DNA of 64,000 nt from Octopus vulgaris (Eukaryota). Position 1 is the first letter of the stretch. Every line of letters begins with the position of its first letter. The translations under genes were made by a program, and so were the position numbers. Positions 13,111 through 27,588 of this stretch are shown piece by piece. The notes beneath the pieces are model-generated. The model had not been told where the DNA came from. It saw only the letters and a list, made by a program, of their open reading frames with translations, and did not search any database. The stretch lies in NCBI GenBank assembly GCA_951406725.2, contig OX597836.1, forward strand, positions 2,294,001-2,358,000, written 5' to 3'.

Positions 13111-13393
13111 TATACAGGAGAGTGTTACTGGCGTTTATAGCCCCAGGAAGACATCAGCTCCAGCTGGTTGACGACACACATTCTGTGTCCGATTAGTGTT
13201 TGTGAGTGGAGATCATCACTCCCATCTCTAGCTTTACGGAGTCAAGTTTCTGGGTGGTAACTCGAACTCTCGTAACGCTAGAGATGACAGACGATGACCT
13301 CCCTTCACAAATACTAATGGGAAGGTGTGTCGTTAGCCAGCCTGAAGACATGTCTTCCTGGGTGTATAAACGTCAGCATTACTGCCCCGTATA
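13111..13393. mobile_element. MITE with about 73-bp terminal inverted repeats, TA-flanked (Tc1/mariner-type)
   Basis: 13111-13183 pairs with 13321-13393 (e.g. CCCAGGAAGACAT / ATGTCTTCCTGGG and ACGACACAC / GTGTGTCGT). Confidence 0.75.
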
Positions 13394-13573
13394 TGTGTGC
13401 TTTGGGATCAAACAAATCAAAGAAACCACAAATTTCAAACACATTTACCCTATGAATAGCGGTGCCCTAGCATGGCCACAGCTCATGAGCTGAAACTAGA
13501 ATCAATCATGAATAACTATATCAGAAAAAAAATTTAAATCACAGATACGCACACACACATAAATACTTTGTAT

Positions 13574-13637
<64 letters not shown>

Positions 13638-13739
13638 TTATAAATTGAGGCTATAATCATTAAGATGATTATATCGGTTGCTAGTCTATACAAAACCAGA
13701 AAATTTATATATATATATATATATAAATAAATAACATTC

Positions 13740-13900
13740 AGAGTCAGACGACATCACGGTAGTTAGAATCATGTTTGTATCTCGACGTAAAGCAAGTCCA
13801 GCTTCTTTATTTAGTACTTTCAATGCTTCTATATATGGGATATTCATAATACAAATAGTACTAAAATTTGTTATAAAGAATAACAACCATCAATTTTTTT
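13740..13900 (-). mobile_element. Possible Penelope-like element C-terminal remnant
   Basis: Reads NFSTICIMNIPYIEALKVLNKEAGL, resembling the F.I......L.IEAL.I....P.L end of GIY-YIG domains. Confidence 0.3.
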
Positions 13901-14577
13901 AGTCAAAAAACAGTAGATTTATCTGAAAACAGCAAAATACGTTTTTGCTGTATATTTTACTAACAACGGAAAGATAGATCGCAGAGAAATTTGATTAAAC
14001 TTTTAGTAAGCACATATTATATCACTTTATTGACTATTTGCGTCCAGTGTTTATCGCAGCCATTTTCATGGAAACAAATGGTTTAACAATAACAATTTTC
14101 TAATATATTAGAAGCATGTATCGTATCGATTTAATCGATCAAATTGACAATACTTATAAAGGAAACAATACTCTACACAGATTCTTTAGTCTTCTTTGTC
14201 AAATTTAATATAAGATTCAACAAACTGCCGGAGTTAATCTAAGAAAAATAAAATAAAATGATAAAATGAAAATTGACTTTTTTTTCTTTCTTCCGATAAA
14301 ATCTATGAATTATCTCCGTCATTCTTAGGTCTGACAAAGTGTAGATTAATGTATACTTCTATTTGGTAGTCTGGTACGACCAAATTACAACCGGAATTTT
14401 GCCGAAAAGGAAACTCGGTTCATATTCCACTTGTGATTATTAATGAAAGTGTCATGGGCAATATTTAGATACCATCGTTATTGATTTTTATTGCTGCATT
14501 TCGAGTATTGCTGCCAGTTATTAAACATTTTAGGAAATTCGTCTCATTTACAATATTGGTCCCCAATTAATAAGTAC

Positions 14578-14975
14578 TCTTTACTCTTTTACTTCTTTCA
14601 GTCATTTTGAGTGCGGCCATGCTGGAGCACCGCCTTTAGGCGAGCAAATCGACCCCAGGACTTTTTCTTTGTAGGCCTAGTACTTATTCTATCGTTCTCT
14701 TTTGCCGAACCGCTAAGTTACGGGGACGTAAACACACCACCATCGGTTATCAAGCGATGTTGGAGGGACAAACACAGACACACAAATATACACACACATA
14801 CATATATATATGACGATCTTCTTTCAGTTTCCGTCTACCAAATCCACTCACAAGGCTTTGGTCGGCCCGAGGCTATAGAAGAAGATACTTACTCATGGTG
14901 CTACGCAGTGAGACTGAACCCGGAACCATGTGGTTGGTAAGCAAGCCACTTACTACACAGTCACTCCTGCACCTA
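14578..14975 (-). mobile_element. SINE family C, full length, with internal CA/TA microsatellite
   Basis: Minus-strand head GGTGCAGGAGTGACTGTGTAGTAAG..GGTTCAGTCTC. Colinear with 32693-33111. Confidence 0.9.
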
Positions 14976-15201
14976 TGTTTACATTATATTACATTATGTT
15001 GTTATATACGGAATATAATTACGATTAATGAGATTAGGAATCATGCAGTGTGACAAAATAAGGGAGTTAGAGAAAAAACACTCATAAAAATCGTGTTTTA
15101 GAAAACGGTGCAAACAAATCCTAATTTCCAAAATCCAGAAGCAAAATAGAATGTTTAAAACGAAGCATCCAAACTTAGATTGCATCTTGCTTTGATATTA
15201 T

Positions 15202-15410
15202 GGCACAAAGCCTATGTCATTCTGTGGGGGTGGATTGGCGGAGTAGGTCGATTACATCTACCCCAGCGCTCAAGCTTTACACATTTAATTGACTCCGAAA
15301 GGATGAAAAGTAAAGTTCGCCTCCGCGGAATTTGAACTCTGAAGATAAGGACGGACGAAATTCCACTGAGCAATTTATCCGGTGTGCTAATGGTTCTGCC
15401 AGCTCGCCAT
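15202..15410 (-). mobile_element. SINE family A (diverged)
   Basis: Reverse complement of the family A head and core. Confidence 0.8.
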
Positions 15411-15499
15411 CAGATAAAGCTGCATCGTGATAATGGAACCTGAAACTCTTCTTTAGAAATTGGATTACATTTATAAATATTTTATCAGTTCTAGTGATA

Positions 15500-16020
15500 A
15501 GCTACAATTTAAATATAATTACTTGGAAGTTCCTTGAACTGAACATCCGACACAGGAAAACCTATTCTTGTATCTACATATAACATCCCCGAAGCAACGA
15601 TAGATATGCCCACCACATGAAAATGAAGGAAGTGTTTTGATAAAAATAGTTAGAAACATCACAAAGCAACGGCAAGCGGTCTAGAAATATTTAGAACCAA
15701 GCAAAGACAGCCTGAATAGTATAATAGAGATGTATGAAGGACATTTCAAAAGAAACATTTCTCTAGAAAATAGGAGCTAATTATACAGAATAAAATGGTT
15801 AGCAAACACTCAAAATAAGAAAAATTGTCAAATGAAAGCAGAAAGTCTAAAACATACACAAAAATAAAATGGCGAGAAAAACCTTCCATGGTGAATATCC
15901 TGCAAGACTCGACAGAAAGGAAATACGTCAACATGAAAGCCATCAATAACTTAAAAACGCTGAACTATAGACAAAAACGGAAGACTGGATTTTAACAGAA
16001 CAATAACATTGCTTAGCTTC
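15500..16020 (+). mobile_element. R4/Dong-like non-LTR retrotransposon, post-RT fragment
   Basis: Reads KWREKTFHGEYPARLDRKEIRQHESHQ*LKNAEL*TKTEDWILTEQ*HCL, matching W..K.LHG.Y.....WL....L..ETE..I.A.QDQ.L. Confidence 0.75.
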
Positions 16021-17090
16021 AAAGTAAATACGAAAAGCAGCCAGAAGGAAGGCAAAGAACAAATAAGCAATTATTTAGGCTTACTAGAAATAGCAACTGA
16101 ATGATGAAAATGAAAGGTGTATTGTCATAATTATAGGAAGGACGCATCAAATAATGCCATCATATACATATGCCTGTATGCGTGCATGTGAGAGAGAGCG
16201 AGTGTGTATTTCCATGCATTCATATATGCATGTATGTGTGTGTGTGTGTGTGTGCATATATATATAATATATATATATATGTATATACATATATAAATAT
16301 ATATGCGTGCCAAATTGTACAAATATTTATATATGTACAGATAGATATATGGTCATACATGTCAGCATAGCTACAAAACCACTGAGACCCTCACCACCAC
16401 TACCTACAACTACTACTGCTGCTACTACAGAAACAGTGTTAGTTGATCACACGGACCCTAGAATTTGATAGGAGAATCATTGAATCCAAAAGAATGAGAG
16501 GCAAATTCATCATCACAGCGCGAGCCGCCGAAACAAATATCCTCACGGATGTTACCTCTTCCCTGTGACACGCCCGTGTTTATTTAATATTAGAAATCTT
16601 AACATATGACCTACCTTCCTTCCAGACCATAGGATATATTTGGAGGGAGAATTGGCTGTAATTTCCAGCAGTTCAATAACCAACTCAATCAATAAGATAT
16701 ATGACAAAGGACGTTCCAGCTGTGACCAAGATTCTGTTTTGTATTTAAAATTTAACGTACACCCTACATCATTTGTCTTTCCTTTACTTCTAAGATTAAA
16801 TTATCCCAGACAAGAAGTATTTGAAAAACCCTAGTGGAAGAGTGGATGGCGAAGGTCATGGTTGTGTTGCAGGTGAAGGGGCTGGAGTAGGTGAATGTAA
16901 TGATGAACAAAACGATGTCGTTTGCGACAATGAGTAGGGCGATGATAACAATGATGATGATGAGGAAGAGGAACAGAATAAGGTGGAGGATCATGATGGT
17001 GATGATGATGATGATGCAAAGGGGAAAATTTCGCTGAGGAAATAATGTAAACAAACAGCAAAGGTAACTTTCCACTCCAACCCCAAAAGA

Positions 17091-17420
17091 CTCACTGGCA
17101 TTGGATCAGTTACCACGACGATTATTCCCAGTAATCCGATCAGCGGAACAAGCTGCTAATGAAATTAACATGTAATTGGCCGAGTACTCCACAGACACGC
17201 GTACTTTTTGCGTAGATTTCAGCGAGATTCAATCCGACACAAGATGTACCGATGTTAGCCCTTTGAATTTCAGGTAAAACTCATTTTTGCCAGCTGAGTG
17301 GACTGGAACAGGGTAAAATGAAGTGACTTGCTGAAGGGCACGGCGCATTTTCAGGAATTGAACTCTCATATTTATGATCGTCAGACAAATACCCTAACCA
17401 CTACGCCACACGCCTTCACA
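17091..17420 (-). mobile_element. B-related SINE (different head and CORE-like middle, same tail as the 2354 copy)
   Basis: Minus-strand head GGCGTGTGGCGTAGTGGTTAGGG..GAGTTCAATTCC, then CCTTCAGCAAGTCACTT. Tail contains GTGTCTGTGGAGTACTC as at about 2612-2630. Confidence 0.75.
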
Positions 17421-17436
17421 ATACAATAAATAATCA

Positions 17437-17647
17437 TTTCTACAATAAACACAAGGCCTGGAATTTTGTGGGAGGGGTGCAACCGATTAGATCCACCCCA
17501 GTACACAACTGGTAGTTAATGTATCGACCCCGAAAAGATGAAAGCAAAATCGACTTCGTCGAAATTTGAACTCAGAACGTAGCAGACGGGCGAAATATGG
17601 CTAAGCATTTTGTCCGGCGCGTTAACGATTCTGTCAGCTCGCCGCCT

Positions 17648-17648
<1 letters not shown>
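17437..17648 (-). mobile_element. SINE family A
   Basis: Reverse complement of family A. Confidence 0.85.
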
Positions 17649-17679
<31 letters not shown>

Positions 17680-18859
17680 AATAATAATAATAATAAACGA
17701 CTACTGTACATCTATTGTCAATATATCTGCTTCCCACCCCTCATCCCTTGCTCCCCAAAACAATAGCAACAGAATAAGTCAACACAATTGGCATATCCTT
17801 TTTGAATCTGACTAATATACAGACAGACGCGTAGACAAGCCAAGATATCCAATGGAATAAGTTTAATCCTGCAAAGAATTCTAATGACGCCATCCATCTT
17901 GGAAACACAAAAGCAAAACACAGAACTTGATACTAAATCTGGCATTCACAATTACATATAAAGTCATACATTTTTCCTTACTATTTACTTAAGTTTACTC
18001 ATTTCCATTATGAAGCTTTGCTGTTGTTTTTTTCTTTCTTCTTTTCTAATGATTATATTTATAAGTAATTTTGATGTGATTTAATTAAGGCATTATTTTC
18101 TGGGTGGAATTACTTCCACTCCAAAGACTAAAGAAAATAACGAACACACCTAGATACACAAACACACATACTCATGCATCAGCTCAAGCACAAAATTGGC
18201 GTTTATACAACCCCAACACACACACATACGCGCACCTACATGCAGACTTAATTACATATATGCATACGTAAAGGCGTACAGAGCCACATGCATTTACACA
18301 TACATACATACACCTTAGTATATATTTGTTTAACTAACTAGAAACAAGGAAAAAACACAGAATTTGATTCTATGCTTCCATCGCTGTTGTATTTGTGTCT
18401 TATTCTTATCTGTTTATCTGTCTGCCTGTCACTTTCTCACGTTTTCACTCACTACCTATTTATTTGTTTAATATATATCTAATCTTGCATCTATTCTTCT
18501 GTCATTCTACTCTCTCATCAATCTACCTATCTAATTATCAAAATATCTCTCAAAATTCCCCTCTCGCTATATCGTCATCTCTGCTTCTCAACCTCAGCTT
18601 CTAAATATGCATATATACACATACATACACATAAACTCATTTATGAACTTATGTAAATATTCATAGATATATTCATATAGGCTGATGTACTTATATGCAC
18701 ACACATGTATGTACATGTATATACGTAAGCTCACACAGACATATATGTATATATCATTTTTTCATCTCTATATAAATATAGTATACTATCTATGCATCCA
18801 ACGATTTGTTTATAGATAGATAGATAGATAGATATAGAAAGATAGATAGATCAACTTTG

Positions 18860-19040
18860 CAAAAAGAAGAAAGGACGAAGACAGGTGTAAGAACAACAAG
18901 CAGGTGTATTAGTTTAACTTTCGAGAAAATTTAAGGTTATTTTACGTTACGAGCCTACGTTCTTCGACCGAAAGAAATAAGAGGTAAAAATGGAGAGTGA
19001 AAAAACGAGAAAAATGTACTGGAGAGTTCGGCGATCCAGC
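18860..19040 (-). mobile_element. Short repeat with hammerhead-like motif (copy 2 of 3)
   Basis: Shares GACGAAGACAGGTG..TGTATTAGT..ACGTT.CGAGCC.ACG.TCTTC with 26950-27127. Confidence 0.7.
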
Positions 19041-19661
19041 TTGATGGGATGACTTGAAAATAAGATCTTGAATGAAAGGGAGATAATAATAGTGCGCCCC
19101 ACGAACTCAGTTGCGTGAGTATGTGCGTGTGTGTGAGAATGGTTTGCGTGAGTGTGTTCGAGTGAATAGGGCGATTAAGAATAACGTGTGCGTGTAACAT
19201 GTATGTGTGTATGTGAGCGTTTTGTGTGGCAATTGTTCTGCGCTTTTTCAATTGTATGTGTGGTGTGATCAAATAGTGTGCATGTGTATAGTGTATTCAG
19301 GTATTCCCTGCTTGTGTGAGAATGTGTATGAAAGAGTATGGTGTGTGTACTGAGTTAAACATTGTGTGTGACGACGCTATTGAAGTTTGTATTTGGGAGT
19401 GTGGACAATGGTGTGGGTGCTCAGAAGTGATCAGTGCTACTCTGTGGGGAGTGGGAAGATGTTGGAATATATATACCTGTGGATATGTGCGTATGTACAC
19501 ACACACATATATGTACATGTATTTCTATTCATACATATACATGTGTGTGTGTGTGTGTGTGTGGATAGATACATAAGTAAATATCTCGCGTCTTTCATAT
19601 ACTACCTTGTATGCTTTTTCGCGTTTCTTATTTAATATTTTTAGATTGGTATCATATGTTG

Positions 19662-19701
19662 ATTGTGCCTGATGAAACTATGTTTCAACATATGTAGCAA
19701 T
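19662..19701 (+). ncRNA. Decayed minimal hammerhead ribozyme motif
   Basis: tgc-CTGATGA-aac.tat.gtt-TCAA-catatg-TA-gca. Core 5' half, palindromic stem III and stem I are present; GAAA is mutated. Confidence 0.4.
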
Positions 19702-19795
19702 TAGTAGCAATTAAAAAGATATATTATGTCCTTCAATTAATATCTTATACAAAGTGAAGCACATTTTTGTCGATCCTTGTATCAGGGAGCAGTGC

Positions 19796-19875
<80 letters not shown>

Positions 19876-20099
19876 TATGATTGCGCAAATCTTCACAGAT
19901 CTGTCGATATTATTTTCTCGAAACCCGAAACAGGCCACAGAGATTCTTTCGGTTGTCACTTGACATAAACTCACTACGACGTGGGGGTATATGGTAAATG
20001 ATTATTCAGTATTGTAGATCGCACTGCTGAATTAGCTCTTTCAGTTAATTTACTCATATATATGCTCGATTAACACATTTTTTTATGACAAGGGAACTA

Positions 20100-20310
20100 T
20101 AAAGTTGCATCTGGCCCATGGTTTTTGGCACAACGCGGATACAGAATAAATTATAACAATGTGGCAAGTACGGTCCATTGGGAACTCTGTGGAAATCACG
20201 GCCTTCAAAGAACAAAGACGTGTTGTGGGCAAACTCCAGAAGGATTAATCGAAAATGAGAATTGCAAAATCCTGTGGGATGCAATGATCCAGTGCGGCCA
20301 ATCGATCGGA
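20100..20310 (+). mobile_element. R4/Dong-like retrotransposon fragment (zinc knuckle to RLE linker)
   Basis: Reads LAQRGYRINYNNVASTVHWELCGNHGL..PEGLIENENCKILWDAMIQC. Confidence 0.85.
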
Positions 20311-21323
20311 CATTGTTGTGGCATTATGCATTCTGATTTTCAGCATAATGTAGCTCAGGAGATACACATTTGTTTGAGAAAAGGATTTACAAGATGGTTT
20401 AGGCTTGCTCTAAAATTTGATGTTGGATTTAGATAGGCCTAGAGACAGAACGTATCTCGTTTCTATGTTCTCATTCTGTTTTCTTTGTCTTCTGTCCAGA
20501 GTGGTGCTCGTCAGACCCGGTATTACCCTGGTTTTGAAATGCCAATAGTATTATAGAAACTGGACGTCTTGAAACAATAATTCAGCGGCTCCAGTGACAG
20601 GATCGCCAACTAACTGTACACTGAAATATATTGTCTCCTCTGGAAACCTGTGAGGTCACGCATTGTGGTTATGGGCACCGTACATGGTACACAATATGTT
20701 CAGAAAGGTAGTATATACATGTGTGTGTATACATAGATACACGCACACACATATATAGATATATAGATAAGCATAGGTGCGTTTAAATAAAATATAAATA
20801 TGTATATATAAATATGTGTGTATACATATATATATATATATATATATACATAGATTATACACACATTTTCATATAGTGCCCACACATATGTGTGTATGTG
20901 TGTGTGTGTGTGTGTGTCTGCGAATTTGTGAGTTCGGGTATGTTTTCATGTCTGTATGTATAGAGAGGATGAGTATCGGAGTGGGTGGCAGGGAAGGAGG
21001 GAATCACAAAATTCCTGAAAGCCGTGTGCTAAAACCATTTCCGCTTCTTCAGAGTATAAAATAGGGTAAAATACAAGAAACGAAAATGGTTGATCTCGTG
21101 TGTTATTTTTTTTTTTGTTTTCTTTTTCACTCTCTACTGTAAGAAGACGCAAAACATAGGGATATCCTGACAATCGGAAAGGACATCAAAAGAACGAATT
21201 CAATAGCTATTCACTATAACACGCATGGAACCTTTTCTTTCAATGTAACCGGTTGAAGAATGCGTGTATATATATATTTATATACAGTATTGTTACGTGA
21301 TTACTCTTTCTCTCTCTCTCTAA

Positions 21324-21364
<41 letters not shown>

Positions 21365-21629
21365 TGAGCGACAGAGTTGTAGGGAGAGAGATGCACGAGT
21401 CTGTAAATAGATACATACACGCATACCAACGCACATATATTTGCGCATGCGTATCTAATTTGTTGGGGTTCAGATGTTTAATGAAAATGCCTGAACACTT
21501 TTGCAAGTAGTTTCCATAAAAAACAATACATTTTGATTTTCGAAAATCAAAAGAAAGGAAACGAAAATATAACTTGTTCTAATGAAATATATTTAGAAAT
21601 GCTTGCATACATTTATACGTAAGTATCTT

Positions 21630-21686
<57 letters not shown>

Positions 21687-21689
21687 CTG

Positions 21690-21925
21690 TATCTTTTATC
21701 TTTATTGTTGTTTCGGTTAACTGTGGCTATGCTGCAGCACTGCTTTGAATAGATTTATTCGAAAAAATTCGACTCTAGGTCTTCTTTATTGAAGCCTAGA
21801 TCTTAATCTAGCTGTTATATTTTTGGAACCGTTGTTACGGGTTCAGAAATACACCAAGACTGGTTGTCAAGCGGTGATATGGGTGGGGACAAACAGAGAC
21901 GCGAACACACAAATAAACACACCCA
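21690..21925 (-). mobile_element. SINE family C, 3' half (diverged)
   Basis: CTGTGGCTATGCTGCAGCACTGC..GGTTGTCAAGCGGTG..GGGGACAAACA. Confidence 0.7.
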
Positions 21926-22429
21926 CATATAGATCGGTATATATGTGTGTATATTTATGTATGTATACATATGTAACTATCTATATATAAATATATACAT
22001 ACTTACAAGAATAATATTTGTCTCTTATTATAGAAACAAAAGGGTTTATAGGAGTGCAAAAGAAGTGCTCAAATATGAGACGAAGCTAAAGATGCATTAG
22101 TTAGAGATCAAACAATTTGAGGTCAACGACTTTACATACAACACCACCCCTCTTTATGATAAATGAAAAAAAGACCACCATGGTATACAAAGACAAAAAA
22201 TAATACGTATACATAAAATCACAGAATGTAAAAATATATAATCGAATAAAATACAAATAGAACGGTTTATCAAAAGTTAGATATAACGACTAAAAATTCA
22301 AAACTATCAAAAGCCTGAAAGACAAATATAAAATAAAGATAAAATAAAATGTGTCCACTGACTAAAAAGATTTTATCTGACGATTAATTTTTTAAAAATA
22401 TTACTTGAAAATTAAAAAAATATATTTGA

Positions 22430-23500
22430 AACAGTCTTTTACTTACCTCACACAGGTACATCCAAGGTTCATAAGTAAACAGGATTCCACAGGTCAAATT
22501 CACGTACATCTTGACAAAAGTCTTGTACTCCCCTCAAACAGGTTCGTTCAAAGTTCACAATAAACAGATATCACCGATGAAATTAAACAATCACATATAT
22601 CTTTGGCCATTTCGGGACCACCGTAGTTCATTTACTCTAAAGGGCTTCACAGCGATGACCCCCACGTCAGGATAAATATGAAACATGCACAGATCAACTT
22701 TTATGAAAAGCTTACACCTGTTAATGAAACGATTATAAAATTTCAGAAGAACCCATCAGCGGACGAGTCCAAATTGCTAAACATTCAGGTGGCTGTAGTT
22801 AACATAAATTCAACCTTGCCGGTTTCAAATCCCCGTAACGTTAAGCAATTTTATTACATTTCTTTTTATTTCTATATACCTTCAAAAAAGGTGGAAGCAA
22901 ACCCATGCTTGCGAAATGGGATCACCTCAGTAAATCTATTTTTGACCTAAAAGGCTTAAGGATAGCAACTTACCCTTATTTATATTTACTCTGAAGCAAG
23001 GGGCTCTCGAAATAACGGACCATTCCAGAGATTAACTCTTATTATTCTTTTATTTTTTAGATCTTGTAAATAGAATAATTCTTATTCTTCTTCTTTGGAT
23101 CGTGTAAACAAGATGGTAGTGTGGTAGAGCTGCAGTATCTTTCGTTTGAGAACCAGCTCATGTGGGCCCTAAACCTAGCCTTAAAATTTACCGTACTACC
23201 TTATAAAACTTATTCAAATTATCCTTATCCTTAACAACGCATTTATACACTGCATAGGTAATTAGACAGAACCCGTCAATGGGACATATTCGAGGGTTTC
23301 TAGGATTAGATGATTTCCCAGGGCCATCCCTAACCTTATTTCTACCACTAACAGTACTTGTCTGGTTTCCCATATTCACTCCTTCACATCTCTCAATACT
23401 GGGGTTCGATACACCCGGTGGGAGAAACATACTGGCATCACTGACCTTAGGTGTATCAGAACTTCCATCAGAAGAACACCTCCAGTGCCCTTGCCCAACC
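22430..23500 (-). mobile_element. Penelope-like element (Naiad-type GIY-YIG endonuclease) remnant plus 3' region
   Basis: Reads NPRNPRICPIDGFCLITYAVYKCVV..KFY, later LEWSVISRAP and KNRFTEVIPFRKHGF. These correspond to the C.CR...CP.DG.CL...VY, WSI...A and LN.R.E....CRH motifs. Confidence 0.75.
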
Positions 23501-23658
23501 ACTCAAGTTCTTTATAAATAGCATCGTTACCGCTATTTCGATCAGAATCTCTAATTTATCCGAAATTGAAGAGAATTACGATTAACTGTGTATACTAACG
23601 CTCTAAAAATATATACATACATGCAACATATATACTTAACATGAGATTTAAAACCAAG

Positions 23659-23900
23659 ATGGCTGGTCTAACACCTGACCAAGTCAAAGTTGCTAGAGAA
23701 AATGCAATGCATTACCCTATCGCAACCAAAACAGCCATATTTATGCTGCATAAGTTCTAAAGAAAATACGAGCGATGCAATTACGTAAAATGCAGTTGCG
23801 AGTTGGAACGAGGCATTTTGTGACCATCTCTGTTTCGACCGATTGGCCACGGTATCAATATGTTTCTATCAACGTTACGAAGTAGTTGTGGGTGAAAAAG
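23659..23900 (+). mobile_element. Possible decayed Tc1/mariner-superfamily transposase N-terminus
   Basis: ATG in a good context followed by only weak HTH-like similarity across stops. Confidence 0.2.
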
Positions 23901-24525
23901 AATGAGATTTTAAAACACAGTGTATTCTGCGTGTGGTTTCATCGTATATACAAATATTTTGAAGGTAGTGTTGCCCTGTAGTCACTGTTCAATAAAACAA
24001 CCGAAAGAGCAGGAAACAACATATGTGCATATCCATTCGAATATACTCGCAAGTACACATGATCTCACGCAGAAGTGTATGATGTGTGTTTATGTTTATA
24101 TATAAAATTGCGTGCGTGCACATATCTATCTTTCTATCTACGTATACATATGCGCATGAATATATGTATGGATATAGGTATGTATGTATGTACGTATGTG
24201 TTTATATATATATAGACACACACATATATATATAGATATATATATTTTATATATGCATATATATTTATACACCCAAGTATGTATATATATTTATAGTGAT
24301 ATATATATATATATATTCATATATATATATACACGGTGTAGGTATATGTGTCTATAAATATAGTTTGGGGAGTAATAACATCAACAAATAAAGAATTTTA
24401 AAAAAAGAACATCTAGACGATAGAATAAGATAATGGAATTAAAAATATTTATATACGTATATAGATATACATATATAAGTATACACAAATATATACATAT
24501 GTGTGTATATATATATATATAATAA

Positions 24526-24936
<411 letters not shown>

Positions 24937-25055
24937 GATAGATGCACACACATATAAGCTCGCACACATACTGAAAATTGAAAATATATCACATCTGGTA
25001 AAAAAAATAATCAAAGTACGCAAATATATTTAATTTACAAAACATAATGAACTCA

Positions 25056-25255
25056 ATAATAATAATAATGATGATGATGATGATGATGATGTTGATTGTG
25101 CTAATGATAATGTTGTTGTTGGTGGCGGTGTTGGACGAGGTGATGGCGGTGATGATGACAACGACGTACATGATGATGATGATGATGATGAGGGTAATGA
25201 TGTTGATGATGGTAATGATGTTGATGATGACGATGACAAAGAAAAGAAGATGAAA
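25056..25255. repeat. (GAT)n-derived tract
   Basis: Seen directly. Confidence 0.9.
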
Positions 25256-26041
25256 ACAACGACAATAAGAACAGTATGAATAGGGTGGAACTCCAGCTGT
25301 GAAAATAATCTGTATTCAATTTAGATGAATCTAATTGGATTTGTATAGGATTTGTGTGTTTTGTGGCTTCTTTCACGTTCTGTAATTTTTTTAGTCAACT
25401 TGGTTAAGCACTATTTGTTTTATATCACACACAAGCACACACATACTTCCACAAACACTCTGAAATACGTCTGCATGTATGTATGTATATGTACACGTAT
25501 GTCGTCTCTCTCTCTCTCTCTCTGCGTATGTATATTTATATATATATGTATATATCTTTTATCAACATACATACATATATATATATATATATTATATATA
25601 TTATATATATATATATATCTGTGTGTGTGTGTGTGTATGCGTACACACATGTAAATACGTATATGTGCGTACACTCAGACGCACAGACATTTCTGCACAT
25701 ATAGCTTGCAGCACATGTGGGTGTTGACGCGTTTGCTGATTCTTGTTGAAGAATGTGTGCATGCCGTTGCAGTTTGCATGCAGGATTTTTGGAGTGTTCG
25801 TGCGTGTGCATCTGTAAGTCTGTCTGTGAATGCAGCCAAGACATTTCAACAGAAATGCATACGATTGCGTGTGCGCGCACGCGTGTGCATGTGTGTGTGT
25901 GCTTGGATGCACACGCACGTAAACAGACACTCATATACATACACAACTACACACAAACGCACATACACACACGCACACATATATATTAGCATATATGCAT
26001 GTGATAACATGTATATATGTGTGTGTGTACATGTGTGTATC

Positions 26042-26079
<38 letters not shown>

Positions 26080-26285
26080 TAGGTGTATATAGGTAGGTGT
26101 ATATGTGTATATAGTTTTATATGTTTTCCTTTGCCATATTCTTCTTCTAAGATTTGTACTTCTGTCAGATTTTAATTTGGGGTTTATATGTCAATCATGA
26201 TGATGACTACAACAACGACGTCGAACGATGATGATGATGGTGGTGGTCGTGGTGGTGGTGTTAGTAGTGGTATTGGTGGTGGCGA

Positions 26286-26316
<31 letters not shown>

Positions 26317-26896
26317 TGGCGTGGTGATGGTGACGATGATGATGATGTTGATAAAGATGGTGATGTTAAGTTAGGGATGATGCCGACGCTGATGCTTTTT
26401 GGTGGCGATGATTATTCTGCTGATGACGAAGAAGACAGCCTCATACTGAGTGCAGGTGCTGTGGTATCATATATTGAATGGATATATTTTTTTTATATCT
26501 ATGTATTTGAATCCATATGCAGATTCATTACAGTATCCCAATATAGAATCATTATCAAACAGTATATTTCTTGTGTCCAGGGGTAGGTTTCCCAATATTC
26601 TCCACTTGAATCGCATCCATGCAGCTGGTCATGCTCCCGCTTCATTTCCACTTTTTGATGTCATCAGTCTGCAAACCTATTTCTCGCTGTCTTCTCCTCT
26701 TCCATTCCACAATTCCTGTCATGAAGGCAGCTTGTAGCGAGTCGTAGCAAATGGTATCACTAAAATATGATAGATTTGTGGACTTTATTCAAGGTAGTGT
26801 AAGTCTTGAGAAATTTAGCTTTCATAGTGTATGTTAGTCTATCCTCTCCCGCCTATTATCCCCAATGACACGCACTTACACACAATTATATATACG

Positions 26897-26949
<53 letters not shown>

Positions 26950-26954
<5 letters not shown>

Positions 26955-27120
26955 AGTTCAAGAAAAACACAAATGACGAAGACAGGTGGTGTAGAAAACA
27001 AAAAAATGTATTAGTATTACGCTCAGGAATTGAAAATTTATTTTGCGTTTCGAGCCAACGCTCTTCTTACAGAAGGGGGCACAGAGAAAAACAAGGAGAG
27101 AAAAATATGTGTGTATGGCT

Positions 27121-27127
<7 letters not shown>
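26950..27127 (-). mobile_element. Short repeat with hammerhead-like motif (copy 3 of 3), embedded in (TA)n
   Basis: Minus strand CTGTAAGAAGAGCGTTGGCTCGAAACGCAAAA. Confidence 0.7.
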
Positions 27128-27172
<45 letters not shown>

Positions 27173-27588
27173 TACATCTACTAAATCTCTGTGATTGTTT
27201 GCTTGCATGCTTGTATGTAATTTAAGGCAGCCAATCCGGCGCATAATGGAAAAATACTCCGAAAGTAACGTAACCCTAACATTGGAATATATATTACTGT
27301 GAGAATTGTTTCCATTACTCTTATGTTTACACTATATAACGATTCCTTTGGAATTTCTGAAGAAGTGTGCACGTACGCCATAAATACAAGCTGTAACTGG
27401 AGCTTAAGTTTATCCCGGAAGTTATTTTTCCATTAGATGCTGTAAATAATCAAGAAAAGCTTAAACATGAACTTGTAAACCAGACCTAGGATGATACGCA
27501 TGAATTCAATTATTTAGCTGAATCATCAAAAAATTCACTTTCATTTCAATGCAATGCTGAAATCAGCTTCAATGTTTTATAACCAGAA

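Noticed and set aside
20440-20520. Minus-strand CTGACGA...GAAA hammerhead candidate
   Set aside because: Stems I and II do not pair.
26590-26760. Possible RTE 3' remnant; similar case at 42050-42240
   Set aside because: Only faint motif resemblance across multiple frameshifts.
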